The translations under genes were made by a program, and so were the position numbers. Positions 8,548 to 18,989 of a stretch of DNA of 64,000 bases are shown here, piece by piece. The notes below the pieces were generated by a model, which was not told the DNA's origin, made no database searches, and saw only the letters and a list, made by a program, of their open reading frames with translations. The stretch comes from Planctomycetia bacterium (lineage in GTDB: Bacteria; Planctomycetota; Planctomycetia; Pirellulales; Pirellulaceae), in assembly GCA_031412515.1 (NCBI GenBank), contig JANODD010000147.1, positions 5,110 to 69,109 of the forward strand. The letters run 5' to 3'. Within the stretch, counting starts at the first letter, position 1; the number at the start of each line of letters is the position of its first letter.

Positions 8548-10878
8548 TTGACCGAATATAAATGGAGTGCCGCTGAAAAAACTGTCAGCGAGCGCCTTGC
8601 CGTGGCCGCAGTATTAATGCTCCTAGTTGCAAGCGGTTTGGTCGCCTTCTACCAAATCCGGCAGCTTCGTTCGCATTCCGAGAGTGTAGAAACGTCCTAT
8701 AAGCTTTTAAGCAAGTTGGGCGAACTGGAATCGACGGTCAATTTGGCTGAATCGGAGCAGCGGGGTTACCTCATCACGGGCGAAGAATCGGCTACGGGCG
8801 ATGACTCGTACCTTGAACCTTTCAAAAAGGCAGTCTCAAATGTCGATGCATTGCTTGCAGACCTCCGTCCGCTCACACAAGATGACGCCCAGAAAAGCGA
8901 AAAGCTTGCACAACTAGCTCGCTTGATTGACGAGAAGTTCAAGGAGCTTTCAAACGAGATCGCCATTCGCCGTAATCAGGGACTGGATGTGGTTCAAGAA
9001 CTGGTCAAAGGGGTGCCAGGAAAGCAGAAGATGGCCTTCGTTCGTCAAGCGGTCGACGAGCTGCGGAATATCGAGAACGCCCTGATGGCCGACCGCGAAT
9101 TTGTCGCTGCGACCACTTACTGGACCGCACTGCTGACCGGATTGATTTCAACCGTATGTGGACTCATTCTGGTTGTGACAGTCCTCTATCTTGTTCAGCA
9201 CAATCGTCGCCGGGCAGAACATGCTGCACAAGCAATTCGCGAAGAACATGATCGACTGCGCGCCAGCCTTGATCGCAACACGCTGCTGGAGATTGAAAAC
9301 CGGCGCATGGACCAGTACATGCGGACGATCATCGAACAGGTCCACGATTATGCCATTTTTGGTATGGACGCAGAGTGCCGTGCCACGACCTGGAACGAGG
9401 GCGTGCGGCAAGTGTTAGGATTCGACGAATCGGAGTTTATTGGACAAGACATACGCAAGCTCATCTTTACCCCCGAGGCCCACGAGCATGGGATCCCCGA
9501 AATTGAGTTCGAGACGGCGGCGAAAGAAGGCAGCGCGAGCGATGATCGGTGGATGATGCGCAAGTCTGGAGTGCGATTTTGGGCATCGGGCATAACGAGT
9601 GCTGTCCGAAGCGAGGACGGAAAGTTGGTGGGCTTTAGTAAAGTCATGCGAGACTTGACTGAGCAAAAGCGTGATGAGGATGAATTGGCGGAACTTGCAT
9701 CACGGCTTTCAGAAGCTAACCGTCGCAAGAATGAATTCCTTGCGACGCTGGCTCACGAACTTCGCAACCCGCTTGCACCGATTAAAACGGCAATTGACCT
9801 GATGAGTATGTCTCCGCTGAGTCAAGAGAATGAAGAGCTGCGCTCGATCATAGCTCGACAAGTTGATCAGGTCATTCATTTAATCGATGACTTGTTAGAC
9901 GTCTCAAGAATTGAACGCGGCAAGATTTCTCTCCAACGCCAAATCGTTGATCTCCGCACGGTCATTGAATCGGCGGCGGAAGCGTTACGGGCTACGATCG
10001 AAGAGAAATCTCAGACACTAGAAGTCAAACTCTGTGATAAAGAAGTACGCGTTGATGTGGACCCTGCAAGACTGACGCAAGTTTTTTCTAACCTACTTAA
10101 CAACTCATCTCGCTACAGCGATACCAATTGCCACATTTCACTTACTCTTTCCGTGGACCACAGCGGCGGAGAGAAGGGGAGCGCGGTTGTTGAGATAAAA
10201 GACAATGGAATTGGAATCCCTGCAGATCGTTTGGATGAAATCTTCCAAATGTTTTCGCAAGTACATGATTCCCTGGGACGTGGCAACGCAGGCCTTGGAA
10301 TCGGTCTGACTCTGGTAAAAACACTTGTCGAATTGCATGGTGGAAAAGTCGCGGCGTACAGCGAAGGGATAGGGCACGGCAGTAATTTTGTCGTGCACTT
10401 GCCCTTGGCTAGCAGTACTCCCGCGGAGGCTATTTCGGCACCGCTGGACACAAACTTCGAATCATTACTTTTCGCCAAACCTTTCAAGGTACTAGTAGTC
10501 GAGGACATGCGAGCTTTGCGGATGATCATGTCTCGACTGCTGGAGCGGCTCGGGAATCAAGTGAAAGTTGCTGAAGATGGCCTGAAAGCGATGGAGCTAC
10601 TGACAGAGTATGCACCCGATATCATTTTCTCTGACATCGCAATGCCCGGTATGACGGGCTATGATTTTGCGAGGAAGTTGCGTGCGATGCCAGAGTTCAG
10701 CAAAACTTACTTGATTGCTATGTCTGGTTACGGGCAGCTTTCCGATCGCAGAGAATCGCGGAAATCCGGATTCGACGAACACATGGTTAAGCCGGTTGAT
10801 TTCAACAAACTTCTCGAACTCTTTAAAAGATTGTCCTCTCAATCGAGCTTGCGCGATATCGATAACGAAGCAGACTGA
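8548..10878 (+). CDS. CHASE3-PAS hybrid sensor histidine kinase with receiver
   Basis: Two TM helices flanking AESEQRGYLITG...YLEPF (CHASE3), PAS DYAIFGMD...TWNEG, H-box LAHELRNPLAP, receiver FSDIAMPGMTG. Confidence 0.93.
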   Translation: MTEYKWSAAEKTVSERLAVAAVLMLLVASGLVAFYQIRQLRSHSESVETSYKLLSKLGELESTVNLAESEQRGYLITGEESATGDDSYLEPFKKAVSNVDALLADLRPLTQDDAQKSEKLAQLARLIDEKFKELSNEIAIRRNQGLDVVQELVKGVPGKQKMAFVRQAVDELRNIENALMADREFVAATTYWTALLTGLISTVCGLILVVTVLYLVQHNRRRAEHAAQAIREEHDRLRASLDRNTLLEIENRRMDQYMRTIIEQVHDYAIFGMDAECRATTWNEGVRQVLGFDESEFIGQDIRKLIFTPEAHEHGIPEIEFETAAKEGSASDDRWMMRKSGVRFWASGITSAVRSEDGKLVGFSKVMRDLTEQKRDEDELAELASRLSEANRRKNEFLATLAHELRNPLAPIKTAIDLMSMSPLSQENEELRSIIARQVDQVIHLIDDLLDVSRIERGKISLQRQIVDLRTVIESAAEALRATIEEKSQTLEVKLCDKEVRVDVDPARLTQVFSNLLNNSSRYSDTNCHISLTLSVDHSGGEKGSAVVEIKDNGIGIPADRLDEIFQMFSQVHDSLGRGNAGLGIGLTLVKTLVELHGGKVAAYSEGIGHGSNFVVHLPLASSTPAEAISAPLDTNFESLLFAKPFKVLVVEDMRALRMIMSRLLERLGNQVKVAEDGLKAMELLTEYAPDIIFSDIAMPGMTGYDFARKLRAMPEFSKTYLIAMSGYGQLSDRRESRKSGFDEHMVKPVDFNKLLELFKRLSSQSSLRDIDNEAD

Positions 10879-10890
10879 GTCCGTTTTTAT

Positions 10891-10997
10891 TGTCGCACAA
10901 TTGTCCCAATTGTGTCTAAATGTCCCAATTGTGTCTGAATTATCTGTCGCACAATTGTCCCAATTGCGCATGCAATAATTGAGACAATTGCGCGACA
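10891..10997. repeat. CAATTG-rich direct/inverted repeat cluster between convergent genes
   Basis: Six CAATTG (10898, 10907, 10926, 10952, 10961, 10985); TGTCGCACAATTGTCCCAATTG twice (10891, 10945); inverted AATTGAGACAATTGCGCGACA at 10977-10997. Confidence 0.8.
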
Positions 10998-11001
10998 CTC
11001 A

Positions 11002-12600
11002 CTAGCTCTGCCCGACGGAGATTGTCCGGTCCATGGAGATGCCAAAAGTCGCGATGCGGTCGCGGACTTTACCGCGGGTGATACCCAGGATCTCCGCCGT
11101 TTTGGACTGGTTGCCGCCAGTCTCTGCTAGGACACGTGCAAACAGCCGACGCTCGACTTGCTCAAGCACTTCTTCGTAAAGTTGCGTTGAACCTAACTTC
11201 AGTCGTTCAGCGATAAAGCTCTCGAGCGCAAAGCCATCGCCTCCGGAGTAGTTCTCATTCGTCCCGTTTTGAACAGGAGCACTTATAATTCCGTCCTGCT
11301 GCAGGGGATTGAAAGTGGGATTGGTATTCGCTTGAATACCCGCACTGGCATACTCGCTGACATGATCTTTGTAAACACTGGGCACGGATAAGCCGGCGGA
11401 AGGTGCAGCCCGCGGGGGGCTACCATCATAATTGCGCACAAAGTCGGGAAGGTTCTTTGGCCCGATAACCGTGCCTGTCGTATGCAGCAATGATTGACGC
11501 ACCACCGACTGGAGTTGTCGTACGTTTCCGGGCCAATCATAGTTAATCAGCAGTTGTAGCGCATCAGGAGCGATGCCCGTCAATTCGGGACGTTTCATAT
11601 CTGATTTTGCGCGAAGCAAAAAATACTGAAGTAGCGGCGGGACGTCCTCGCGTCGGTCACGAAGGGGCGGCAAGTTGATCGTGATACCGTTCAAACGATA
11701 CAGCAAGTCTTCGCGAAACTGATTCTTGCGGACCATCTCTTCAAGCGGCCGGTTGGTCGCAGCAATGATGCGTACGTCCGTGGTTATCAGTTCGTTGCCG
11801 CCAACTCGCTCAAACTTTTGTTCTTGAAGTAAACGCAGAACTTTGCCTTGAGTGACCGACGACATGTCACCCACTTCATCAAGAAATATGGTGCCACCAT
11901 CGCACTGCTCAAAACGCCCGATCCGTCGCTTTTCTGCACCTGTAAATGAACCTTTGTCGTGCCCGAACAATTCGCTTTCCAAAAGTTGATCGGGAATCGC
12001 GGCACAGTTGACCGCAACAAACGGCTTGTCACGCCGATCGCTGTGGTTCATAAGCGCTCGCGCCACCAGCTCTTTCCCAGAGCCGCTTTCCCCGCGAATG
12101 AGCACGGTAATGTTCTGAGCCGAAACACGGCCGATCGACTTGAAGACGTCAAGCATCGCTTTCGCTTTGCCGACAAATCGCTCACCTACCTCCACGACAT
12201 CGCCGACGGGCAAGGCGACGGGCTGATCCATTAATCGTCGAGCCTCAGCGGCACTGGCGGTCAAGTTGTAGAGCTGTTCAATGTTGAGTGGTTTTGAAAG
12301 GTAATCAAAAGCACCGGCTCGCATTGCCTCGATCGCAGTTTCGCTAGTTGTATCGCCGGTGATAAAAATCACGGGCAGCTTGGTGTCAAGGGCCTTAATC
12401 TTGCGAAACAGTTCCAAACCGTTGTACTCAGGCAGAAAGATATCCAGTAAGGCTACGTCCGGTCTTTCGTCGCGAACCATGTTCAAGCCAGACGTACCAT
12501 CTACCGCGGTGAGCACTTGAAAATCAGGATTCGCCGATAGCCCTGCCTTAATCAGATGCCGAATACTTCGATCGTCGTCAATGACAAGAATCTTTGTCAC
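11002..12600 (-). CDS. Sigma54-dependent Fis-family response regulator (NtrC/AtoC-like enhancer-binding protein)
   Basis: Receiver ALLDIFLP, Walker [24 protein letters not shown], Walker [16 protein letters not shown]-terminal [20 protein letters not shown]. Confidence 0.95.
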   Translation of the reverse strand: MTKILVIDDDRSIRHLIKAGLSANPDFQVLTAVDGTSGLNMVRDERPDVALLDIFLPEYNGLELFRKIKALDTKLPVIFITGDTTSETAIEAMRAGAFDYLSKPLNIEQLYNLTASAAEARRLMDQPVALPVGDVVEVGERFVGKAKAMLDVFKSIGRVSAQNITVLIRGESGSGKELVARALMNHSDRRDKPFVAVNCAAIPDQLLESELFGHDKGSFTGAEKRRIGRFEQCDGGTIFLDEVGDMSSVTQGKVLRLLQEQKFERVGGNELITTDVRIIAATNRPLEEMVRKNQFREDLLYRLNGITINLPPLRDRREDVPPLLQYFLLRAKSDMKRPELTGIAPDALQLLINYDWPGNVRQLQSVVRQSLLHTTGTVIGPKNLPDFVRNYDGSPPRAAPSAGLSVPSVYKDHVSEYASAGIQANTNPTFNPLQQDGIISAPVQNGTNENYSGGDGFALESFIAERLKLGSTQLYEEVLEQVERRLFARVLAETGGNQSKTAEILGITRGKVRDRIATFGISMDRTISVGQS

Positions 12601-12650
12601 ATTAAGACCTTCTAATGATAGCCCCAGAAATGTTCAGTTTCCTTGCTAGC

Positions 12651-12667
12651 TGGCACAAGGCGTGCCA
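12651..12667. promoter_or_regulatory. Palindrome that fits sigma54 GG-N10-GC spacing on both strands
   Basis: TGGCAC-AAGGC-GTGCCA, about 50 bp upstream of the activator start. Confidence 0.55.
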
Positions 12668-12888
12668 AGATGACAGCTCCAATTCCAAGTTGTTTTAAAA
12701 AAACTCTTTTTAGTGATTGATGCAATTAGAATTAAGCGGAATGTGGAGGCGGGTAAGATGGGGAGTCTATCAATGCCGTGGCCCAGTTTACCTCCCGCCT
12801 TCCAGATTGGTCGATTTTCACCCAGCATGTCCGTTCATCATACACTAAGTCCGCTCCGTTGAATTCGGGAAACCGCAATAGTGAGCGA

Positions 12889-12903
12889 TGGCATGCAGAA
12901 TGC
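12889..12903 (+). promoter_or_regulatory. Candidate sigma54 promoter for the Hpt gene
   Basis: TGGCATGCAGAATGC, GG-N10-GC. Confidence 0.45.
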
Positions 12904-13033
12904 TTAACCGCTCCATCGAGAAATACGTTGTACAAGGATACGTTTGGTACAAGATACATCTGGCTTTTGCTTGATTCCAAGTGACTTGTAGTGCGGTCTA
13001 CACTAACACTAATGTCTGGCGGGCGAATAAGAG

Positions 13034-13387
13034 ATGAGTACACAGCATCTAATCGATGAAAAAGCGGCTTTGAGTGCTTTGAATGGCGACCGGCAGTTGT
13101 TGAGCGAGCTTGCCGTAATGTTCGTCGAAGATGTGCCTAATATTCTACAAGAGCTACAATCGGCCGCAGATCGCGAAGACGTAGCGACAGCTTGCCGCAC
13201 AATCCATAGCCTACGTGGACTCAGCTCAACTTTTTACGCAACGGACATCGTCGATCTTGCAAGCCGGCTCGAACAGGATGTCAAGTGCGAAAATTTGGAT
13301 TCACTTCGCAACGGTGGATTCGATTCGCTGAAACGCTCGATCGGATATCTAGTGCAGGAACTTCGCGAATCTGGCTACATCGCTTAG
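13034..13387 (+). CDS. Hpt histidine phosphotransfer protein
   Basis: IDEKAALSALNGDRQLLSELAVMF and IHSLRGLSSTF (conserved His motif). Confidence 0.88.
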   Translation: MSTQHLIDEKAALSALNGDRQLLSELAVMFVEDVPNILQELQSAADREDVATACRTIHSLRGLSSTFYATDIVDLASRLEQDVKCENLDSLRNGGFDSLKRSIGYLVQELRESGYIA

Positions 13388-13555
13388 GGCCAGTGCTCGG
13401 GTAAACGCTAGGGCATGTTATCTAGGGAATATGCTCCTGCTCACGGCGGTTGTTCGAACTTCACGTTTCAGAAGCAGTTGCATTAAAAGCATCGAAGGTT
13501 GTGAAGACGAAGGTAGTGAAGACCCCTAGAAGTAAGTCTCGCGGGTAAATAGGTC

Positions 13556-13658
13556 TGGCAAGCTAGGCACTGCCACCCTCTAGCTTGCCAAACCTCTAGC
13601 TTGTCAAACCTCTAGCTTGTCAAACTATGTGTCCTGCCAGACAAGCTGGCACGGGAAC
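13556..13658. repeat. Family D element: hairpin, three 16-bp tandem copies and a CCTGCCAG hairpin
   Basis: TGGCAAGCTAG/CTAGCTTGCCA inverted pair; CCTCTAGCTTG(C/T)CAAA at 13577, 13593, 13609; 13612-13658 resembles 18661-18710. Confidence 0.7.
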
Positions 13659-13832
13659 CTAAATGACTGGCCTGCCGCGCATGGTATGGCCGATAAGGCT
13701 CACCACAAAAATGACTAAGAAGATGAAAAAGAGAATCTTGGCAATGCCGGCCATCCCGGCAGCCAAGCCGCCAAAACCAAGTACACCAGCGATCAAAGCC
13801 AACACAAAAAATGTCAACGCCCAGCTTAGCAT
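13659..13832 (-). CDS. DUF1328 / UPF0391 (YtjA-like) small membrane protein, 57 aa; not in the ORF track
   Basis: Hand translation [57 protein letters not shown]; GAGAGG RBS upstream. Confidence 0.9.
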   Translation of the reverse strand: MLSWALTFFVLALIAGVLGFGGLAAGMAGIAKILFFIFLVIFVVSLIGHTMRGRPVI

Positions 13833-13912
13833 GATATTACCTCTCCCAACTTTGTAACAGTTTGTTCTTGCTCAAATTGCATTGCGCAACTTGTTTTCGA
13901 AAAGCTATCACC

Positions 13913-13927
13913 GCAAAGTACATGCCA
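13913..13927 (-). promoter_or_regulatory. Candidate sigma54 promoter for the DUF1328 gene
   Basis: Minus strand TGGCATGTACTTTGC, close to the TGGCACG-N4-TTGC consensus. Confidence 0.7.
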
Positions 13928-14006
13928 GAGCGATTCGATCCAAAGCAATTCAAGCGAGTACTTCCCGCATCGTTAGTTTTAAGGTTGTTCGAACAAAACA
14001 CGCGTG

Positions 14007-14432
14007 CTACTTTGGCTTATTGGGCAACGCATTGGTGTCGCCGCTATCGGATGTCAAACCGCTCGTCTGTGACTTAAGAAGTGCCTTGATATCCGCTAGT
14101 AGCTTGTCAAATTCAACCGGCTTGCAATGGAACGCATCGCAGCCTGCGGCTGTGGCTCGGGCTCTATCACCCTGCAGCGAGTAAGCGGTTAAAGCAATAA
14201 CCGGCAAATGTGCATACTTGTCATTTGTTCGAATGGCTGTAGTTGCGTTCCAGCCGTCGAGTCCAGGCATGTTCATATCCATCAGCACCAAGTCAATCGA
14301 ATTCGCTTTTAAGGCTTCAATCACATGGCTGCCATCGGCAACTTCAACGCAATTAAACCCATTTTTTTGTAGATGGAACCGGGAAAGTTCTCTGAGATCA
14401 TCATTGTCTTCAGCGATTAGAATTGTGGGCAT
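14007..14432 (-). CDS. Single-domain response regulator (DivK-like receiver)
   Basis: ILIAEDND, VLMDMNMPGLDG, VIALTA, FHCKP. Confidence 0.92.
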   Translation of the reverse strand: MPTILIAEDNDDLRELSRFHLQKNGFNCVEVADGSHVIEALKANSIDLVLMDMNMPGLDGWNATTAIRTNDKYAHLPVIALTAYSLQGDRARATAAGCDAFHCKPVEFDKLLADIKALLKSQTSGLTSDSGDTNALPNKPK

Positions 14433-14501
14433 ACGTCATTCCTTTGCACATATAATAAAACAGAAGAGGATTCCGTTGGGTTGCCAATCATTGGACGCTG
14501 A

Positions 14502-16478
14502 TCAGCGGGCGGTGGCAAGCAACTGAGGTGACAACCCACCAACCGCTTCGTTTGTAGTTGACTTGACGCTCGCCAGTTTGGCAGCGGTCTGGTTGAAACT
14601 TGTAGTCATGAAATTCGCCCCCGCTTTACGAAATTTGACAAACATGCGGTCGAAGTTGCGGAACCTACCACAACAACAAATGACGATTTGTCCAGGGTAA
14701 CCAGCCTTGCGGAAGCTCTTGCACATGAACCTAGCCTGAGTGAATCCGCCGGGCGGAAGAATGCAGATTAAAATCAAATCTGGATTCTCGCCGATCGCAT
14801 CAGCCGTCAGCCGATCTGGCAAGGTATGGCTATTCCCAACTTTTATATTGAACGACGAATTGATTTTGGCGAAGGCATTCAGCAGCAGTTCTTCGCTGGG
14901 ATGGTGAGCAGGAATCGCAAACACATTCAGTGCGGCTGGTGGTGCGATAACAACGCTTTCGGATTCAATCGCGGCTTCTGCTTTAGGTGCCCAAGCAACG
15001 GTAGTGACGACTTTTTCAATGGCTCGTGAAATAGCATTTGCTTGCGAGGACGTCAGCCGGTCGGCATCCCTATCAACACGAACCCTCCGCAGCGACGGAA
15101 CCAATACGTTGTCGATGGCTTGAGCACGGTCATCTTTGATGCAAGTTTCGAGCAGCTCAGTGGCACGTAATTCATTGTTCGAAAGTAATCGCTGATAGAA
15201 AAGCAACGAAGGAGCTATGTCCACTCTCTCTCCAAGCAATGTTTCAAAGATCCGAAATCGCGGAGCGTAGTGACCGAGTACGACTAAACATACGGTCATT
15301 GGAGTCGATAGCAGCAGACCGACTGGCCCCCACAGCCAAGCCCAAAACACTGCCGCGAATATGATCGCCAGGGATGACAATCCCGTGCTCGACCCATACA
15401 GCCACGGCTCAAGGATATTATTGCAAGCGAGTTCAATCACGACGATCAGCGAAATCACCGCGATCGTTACTGAGTAACCCGGAAAGACGGCCGCTGACAA
15501 TAGGATTGGAAAAGCCGCCGCGGTTACCGGGCCGATGTAAGGCACGAAACGGAGGAGCATCGCCAGCGCACCCCACAACGCAAAGTTCGGAAAATTGCCG
15601 TCGGGTGCAAAGTAGCGGCCAATGAGATAGAGGCCCAAACCAAACGTAAATCCGTAACACGTGTTTACAATCGTTTGTGCGAGCAGATATTTGCTGATTC
15701 GCCGAGAAACTTCATCGAGCGCATCGGTCGTCATGACGTAGTTCCCGCGGCTGATGACTTTGATAATCCGATCACGCATGTCTTCGCGATAGATCAGCAG
15801 GAATAATACAAAAACGGTAACCAACCCCGCCGTCCCCAGCGGCCCAAGGATAGTGCCAACGGTTCCTGCCCAAGACCTCACCGGCGACTCAGCATGAACG
15901 CTAGAGATAAACAACGGGGAATCCGGCGTCTTCCCATCATGATGCTCGCCGCTGGCACCCTTCCTGTTGCCCGGCAGAAAGCGATTCGCGAACTGCTCCA
16001 TGGGACTCAGCGACTCGTTGCCCACTGGATTATCTGAATCTGTGGAGGGTGTTACCGCAGTCTTTTCTAAGGGCACTTTCGGAGGTTCATCAATGGCTGC
16101 GGTAACTTCCTTAGTCAGTTCGGTAAAGGTCTCACCCATTCCTGACCGCAGTCCCGACAATCCTCGAGCTTTCGAAACCAACTCGGACCTGTAATGCGGA
16201 ATATCAGAAACCAATGCGGAAAGCTCGCGCCCGACAAATGTTAACGATGAAGCAAGCAGAACGAAGACGATAACAGCAGTACCTAGTACAGCGATTACGT
16301 TTCCAACTCCCAATCGCTGAATGCGATCAACTAAAGGGCTCAACAAGAACGAAAGCAGCACAGCGAGAGCCAAGGGAATAAAAACGTCGCGAGCCACGTA
16401 AAGCGCCGTGACGATAAGCATACCACCAAGCAAGGTGGCGACCGTGTTGACGGTTTCAAGATCTGACTGCCGAGCCAT
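14502..16478 (-). CDS. AI-2E family (UPF0118) transporter with C-terminal soluble extension
   Basis: DVFIPLALAVLLSFLLSPLV, LRFVPYIGP, NNILEPWLYG, WAWLWGPVGLLLSTPMTVCLVV; about 200-aa cytoplasmic tail. Confidence 0.88.
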   Translation of the reverse strand: MARQSDLETVNTVATLLGGMLIVTALYVARDVFIPLALAVLLSFLLSPLVDRIQRLGVGNVIAVLGTAVIVFVLLASSLTFVGRELSALVSDIPHYRSELVSKARGLSGLRSGMGETFTELTKEVTAAIDEPPKVPLEKTAVTPSTDSDNPVGNESLSPMEQFANRFLPGNRKGASGEHHDGKTPDSPLFISSVHAESPVRSWAGTVGTILGPLGTAGLVTVFVLFLLIYREDMRDRIIKVISRGNYVMTTDALDEVSRRISKYLLAQTIVNTCYGFTFGLGLYLIGRYFAPDGNFPNFALWGALAMLLRFVPYIGPVTAAAFPILLSAAVFPGYSVTIAVISLIVVIELACNNILEPWLYGSSTGLSSLAIIFAAVFWAWLWGPVGLLLSTPMTVCLVVLGHYAPRFRIFETLLGERVDIAPSLLFYQRLLSNNELRATELLETCIKDDRAQAIDNVLVPSLRRVRVDRDADRLTSSQANAISRAIEKVVTTVAWAPKAEAAIESESVVIAPPAALNVFAIPAHHPSEELLLNAFAKINSSFNIKVGNSHTLPDRLTADAIGENPDLILICILPPGGFTQARFMCKSFRKAGYPGQIVICCCGRFRNFDRMFVKFRKAGANFMTTSFNQTAAKLASVKSTTNEAVGGLSPQLLATAR

Positions 16479-16802
16479 TCAATTTGCCTTGATCAGATCA
16501 AGTAGGTGCCCTGTGATTCTGCCCGCTTTCTGACGCAAGTCCTGCGCCTACTTTACAGAAAAACCATAGCGATCGACATTCGATCAGGCTGGCCCTGTGA
16601 CAGGCTCCGTAACGGCGGTCTAAAGAAGCTTGTACCCCCGTTCGTGCCAGTGCATCGAAATCCGCCAGATCTTGATTTTTTTTTGAACAATAAGGAAGCG
16701 GATCAGTCAGCGAGCAACTCCCTGGTTTATAACGTAAACTTAGCAAATACCTTTGAAACCGCGGTTGCAACCGGTCGAGTCGTTAACAACTAGGGATTTT
16801 CA

Positions 16803-18596
16803 ATGTCAGCTGTCGTCGAACCAACGGTTCACCTGGGGATGGGAGCCATCCCACACGCAGAAGGCGTCGCTTTTCGAGTTTGGGCACCGTTTGCAGATTC
16901 GGTCTCAATCGTAGGCACCTTCAATGATTGGAATCCTTCGATTGATGTATGCCGAAAGGATGAACATGGCAACTGGTACGGAGATGTACTCGGCGCGAAG
17001 CCAGGTGACGAATACAAGTTCATGCTGAGTAACGGCAAGGATACATTTGGACGCATCGACCCGCGAGCTCGTGAAGTAACTAGTTCAATTGGGAATGCGG
17101 TTGTCGTCGATCCTAATTTCGCTTGGGAAGGAGACGACTTTCACATGCCATCTTGGAATGAATTGGTGATCTACGAAATGCACATCGGCACATTTAACAC
17201 AAAGAAGGGAGTTGGCACTTTCGAGTCCGCCATTGAGCGACTCCCTTACCTACGTGACCTGGGCATCAATGCTGTTGAACTGATGCCACTGGCAGAATTC
17301 GCGGGCGACTACTCTTGGGGATACAACCCAGCTCATCCTTATGCCATCGAGATGGCGTACGGCGGTCCATTAGGGCTGAAAATGTTTGTTCGCGAAGCTC
17401 ATAAGCTGGGCATTGCCGTTATTGTCGACGTTGTTTACAACCACTTCGGACCATCTGATTTAGACCTCTGGCAATTCGATGGCTGGAGCGAGAACGGAAA
17501 GGGCGGTATCTACTTCTACAACGATCACCGCTCAACAACTCCCTGGGGTGACACTCGGCCGGACTACGGGCGTGGTGAAGTCCGCCAGTATATTTTTGAC
17601 AACGCCATGATGTGGCTTGAAGAATATCGTGCAGACGGGTTACGTTACGACATGACGTTGTACATGCGTTCAATCAATGGTGACGAAAACGAACGAATTG
17701 AAGAGGGCTATAGTCTTACACAGTGGATCAATAAAGAGATTGAACACCGATTCCCAGGTAAGATTACTATCGCAGAAGATCTTCGCAACAACAGCATGAT
17801 GACGCAAGTTGCGAATTTGGGAGGAGCGAATTTTGGTTCACAGTGGGATGCGAATTTTGTTCACCCAATTCGTCAAACCATTATCGAGATCGATGATAAA
17901 AACCGCTCGATGGAGAAAGTTCGTGACGCTGTCTGTTATCGGTACAACGTCGATGCATTCGAACGAGTTATTTACACCGAATCCCATGACGAAGTCGCTA
18001 ACGGTAAGCAACGAGTCGTCTCCGAGATCGATCGCAGCGACAAGCCTGGACGTTACGCAATTAAGCGATCCACGCTCGGTGCCGCACTCGTGTTGACTTC
18101 GCCAGGCATTCCAATGCTCTTGCAAGCTCAAGAATTCCTGCGTGACAAATGGTTTGATGACGGTTGCCCCATCGATTGGGCTCGCTGCGAAGAGTTTCAT
18201 GGCATCGTTACGATGTATACTGATCTGATCAAGCTTCGCCTCAACCGCGGCTCAAGCACAGCCGGCTTGAGTGGCCAGCACATCGATTTTTACCATCTTG
18301 ACGATAATGAGAAAGTAATTGTATTCAGGCGTTGGAAAGCTGGCGGACCTGGCGATGATGTGGTCGTAGTCATGAACTTCGCCGAAGGTGAAGTGAAGGA
18401 CTATCGAATCGGCTTTCCTGCGGCCGGCCACTGGCAATTGCGTTTCAACAGCGACAATCGCATGTACAACGAATTACTCGACGAGATCCCTGTGTCAAGC
18501 GTTTTTGCCCAGGATGAAGCCTACGATGGTCAAGCTCAGTCGGCCACACTCAATGTTCCGGCCTATTCTTGCCAGATCTTTTCACAAGACAAATGA
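16803..18596 (+). CDS. GH13 alpha-amylase-family enzyme with CBM48 (glucan branching enzyme / TreZ-like)
   Basis: FRVWAPFA, IYEMHIGTF, SWGYNP, DVVYNHFG, DGLRYD (catalytic Asp), IAED, YTESHDEV. Confidence 0.9.
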   Translation: MSAVVEPTVHLGMGAIPHAEGVAFRVWAPFADSVSIVGTFNDWNPSIDVCRKDEHGNWYGDVLGAKPGDEYKFMLSNGKDTFGRIDPRAREVTSSIGNAVVVDPNFAWEGDDFHMPSWNELVIYEMHIGTFNTKKGVGTFESAIERLPYLRDLGINAVELMPLAEFAGDYSWGYNPAHPYAIEMAYGGPLGLKMFVREAHKLGIAVIVDVVYNHFGPSDLDLWQFDGWSENGKGGIYFYNDHRSTTPWGDTRPDYGRGEVRQYIFDNAMMWLEEYRADGLRYDMTLYMRSINGDENERIEEGYSLTQWINKEIEHRFPGKITIAEDLRNNSMMTQVANLGGANFGSQWDANFVHPIRQTIIEIDDKNRSMEKVRDAVCYRYNVDAFERVIYTESHDEVANGKQRVVSEIDRSDKPGRYAIKRSTLGAALVLTSPGIPMLLQAQEFLRDKWFDDGCPIDWARCEEFHGIVTMYTDLIKLRLNRGSSTAGLSGQHIDFYHLDDNEKVIVFRRWKAGGPGDDVVVVMNFAEGEVKDYRIGFPAAGHWQLRFNSDNRMYNELLDEIPVSSVFAQDEAYDGQAQSATLNVPAYSCQIFSQDK

Positions 18597-18660
18597 ATCG
18601 TTACATCAAGGGAACACTTACGTAGGGCTGCGAACTCACCAACGGTATTCTACTTCACAA

Positions 18661-18710
18661 CTAGCTCGCCAAACTGTGTTCCCTGCCAGACTTTTTCTGG
18701 CAGGGGGAAC
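18661..18710. terminator. Hairpin between convergent genes, related to the family D element
   Basis: GTTCCCTGCCAGA-CTTTT-TCTGGCAGGGGGAAC, preceded by CTAGCTCGCCAAACTGTGT similar to 13612-13633. Confidence 0.6.
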
Positions 18711-18737
18711 GTTAACTGAATAGCAAATATGGTAAAG

Positions 18738-18989
18738 CTACCAGGGCTTAATCTTCCATCCAACGTAGATACCCAACGCAAAAATCATTAGTCCAGCCAT
18801 TTCAGGCCGCTTTTCGCAGTAGGAGTGAATCGAAGTTCCAACGTCTGTAATCAGTGTTTGGAAATCTTCGCGCACATCGACATCGTTATTGCCTTTGTCA
18901 TTATCTTTATTGTCTTTTGCCGATTGGCCCTTCGAGGGTGTCGGTCCTGAACCCTGATTTGAATCAGGTCGAGTTGACGCAGAGGACAT
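18738..18989 (-). CDS. Small membrane-tail-anchored protein, ElaB/YqjD-like; probable start 18989
   Basis: Acidic linker, then YCEKRPEMAGLMIFALGIYVGWKIKPW C-terminal TM helix. Confidence 0.65.
   Translation of the reverse strand: MSSASTRPDSNQGSGPTPSKGQSAKDNKDNDKGNNDVDVREDFQTLITDVGTSIHSYCEKRPEMAGLMIFALGIYVGWKIKPW

Noticed and set aside
13663-13857. 64-aa Lys-rich plus-strand ORF
   Set aside because: Reverse complement of the real DUF1328 gene.
16755-16768. Sigma54 promoter for the GH13 gene
   Set aside because: GA instead of GG at -24; overlapping palindromes AACCGCGGTT and GGTTGCAACC are too short to call.
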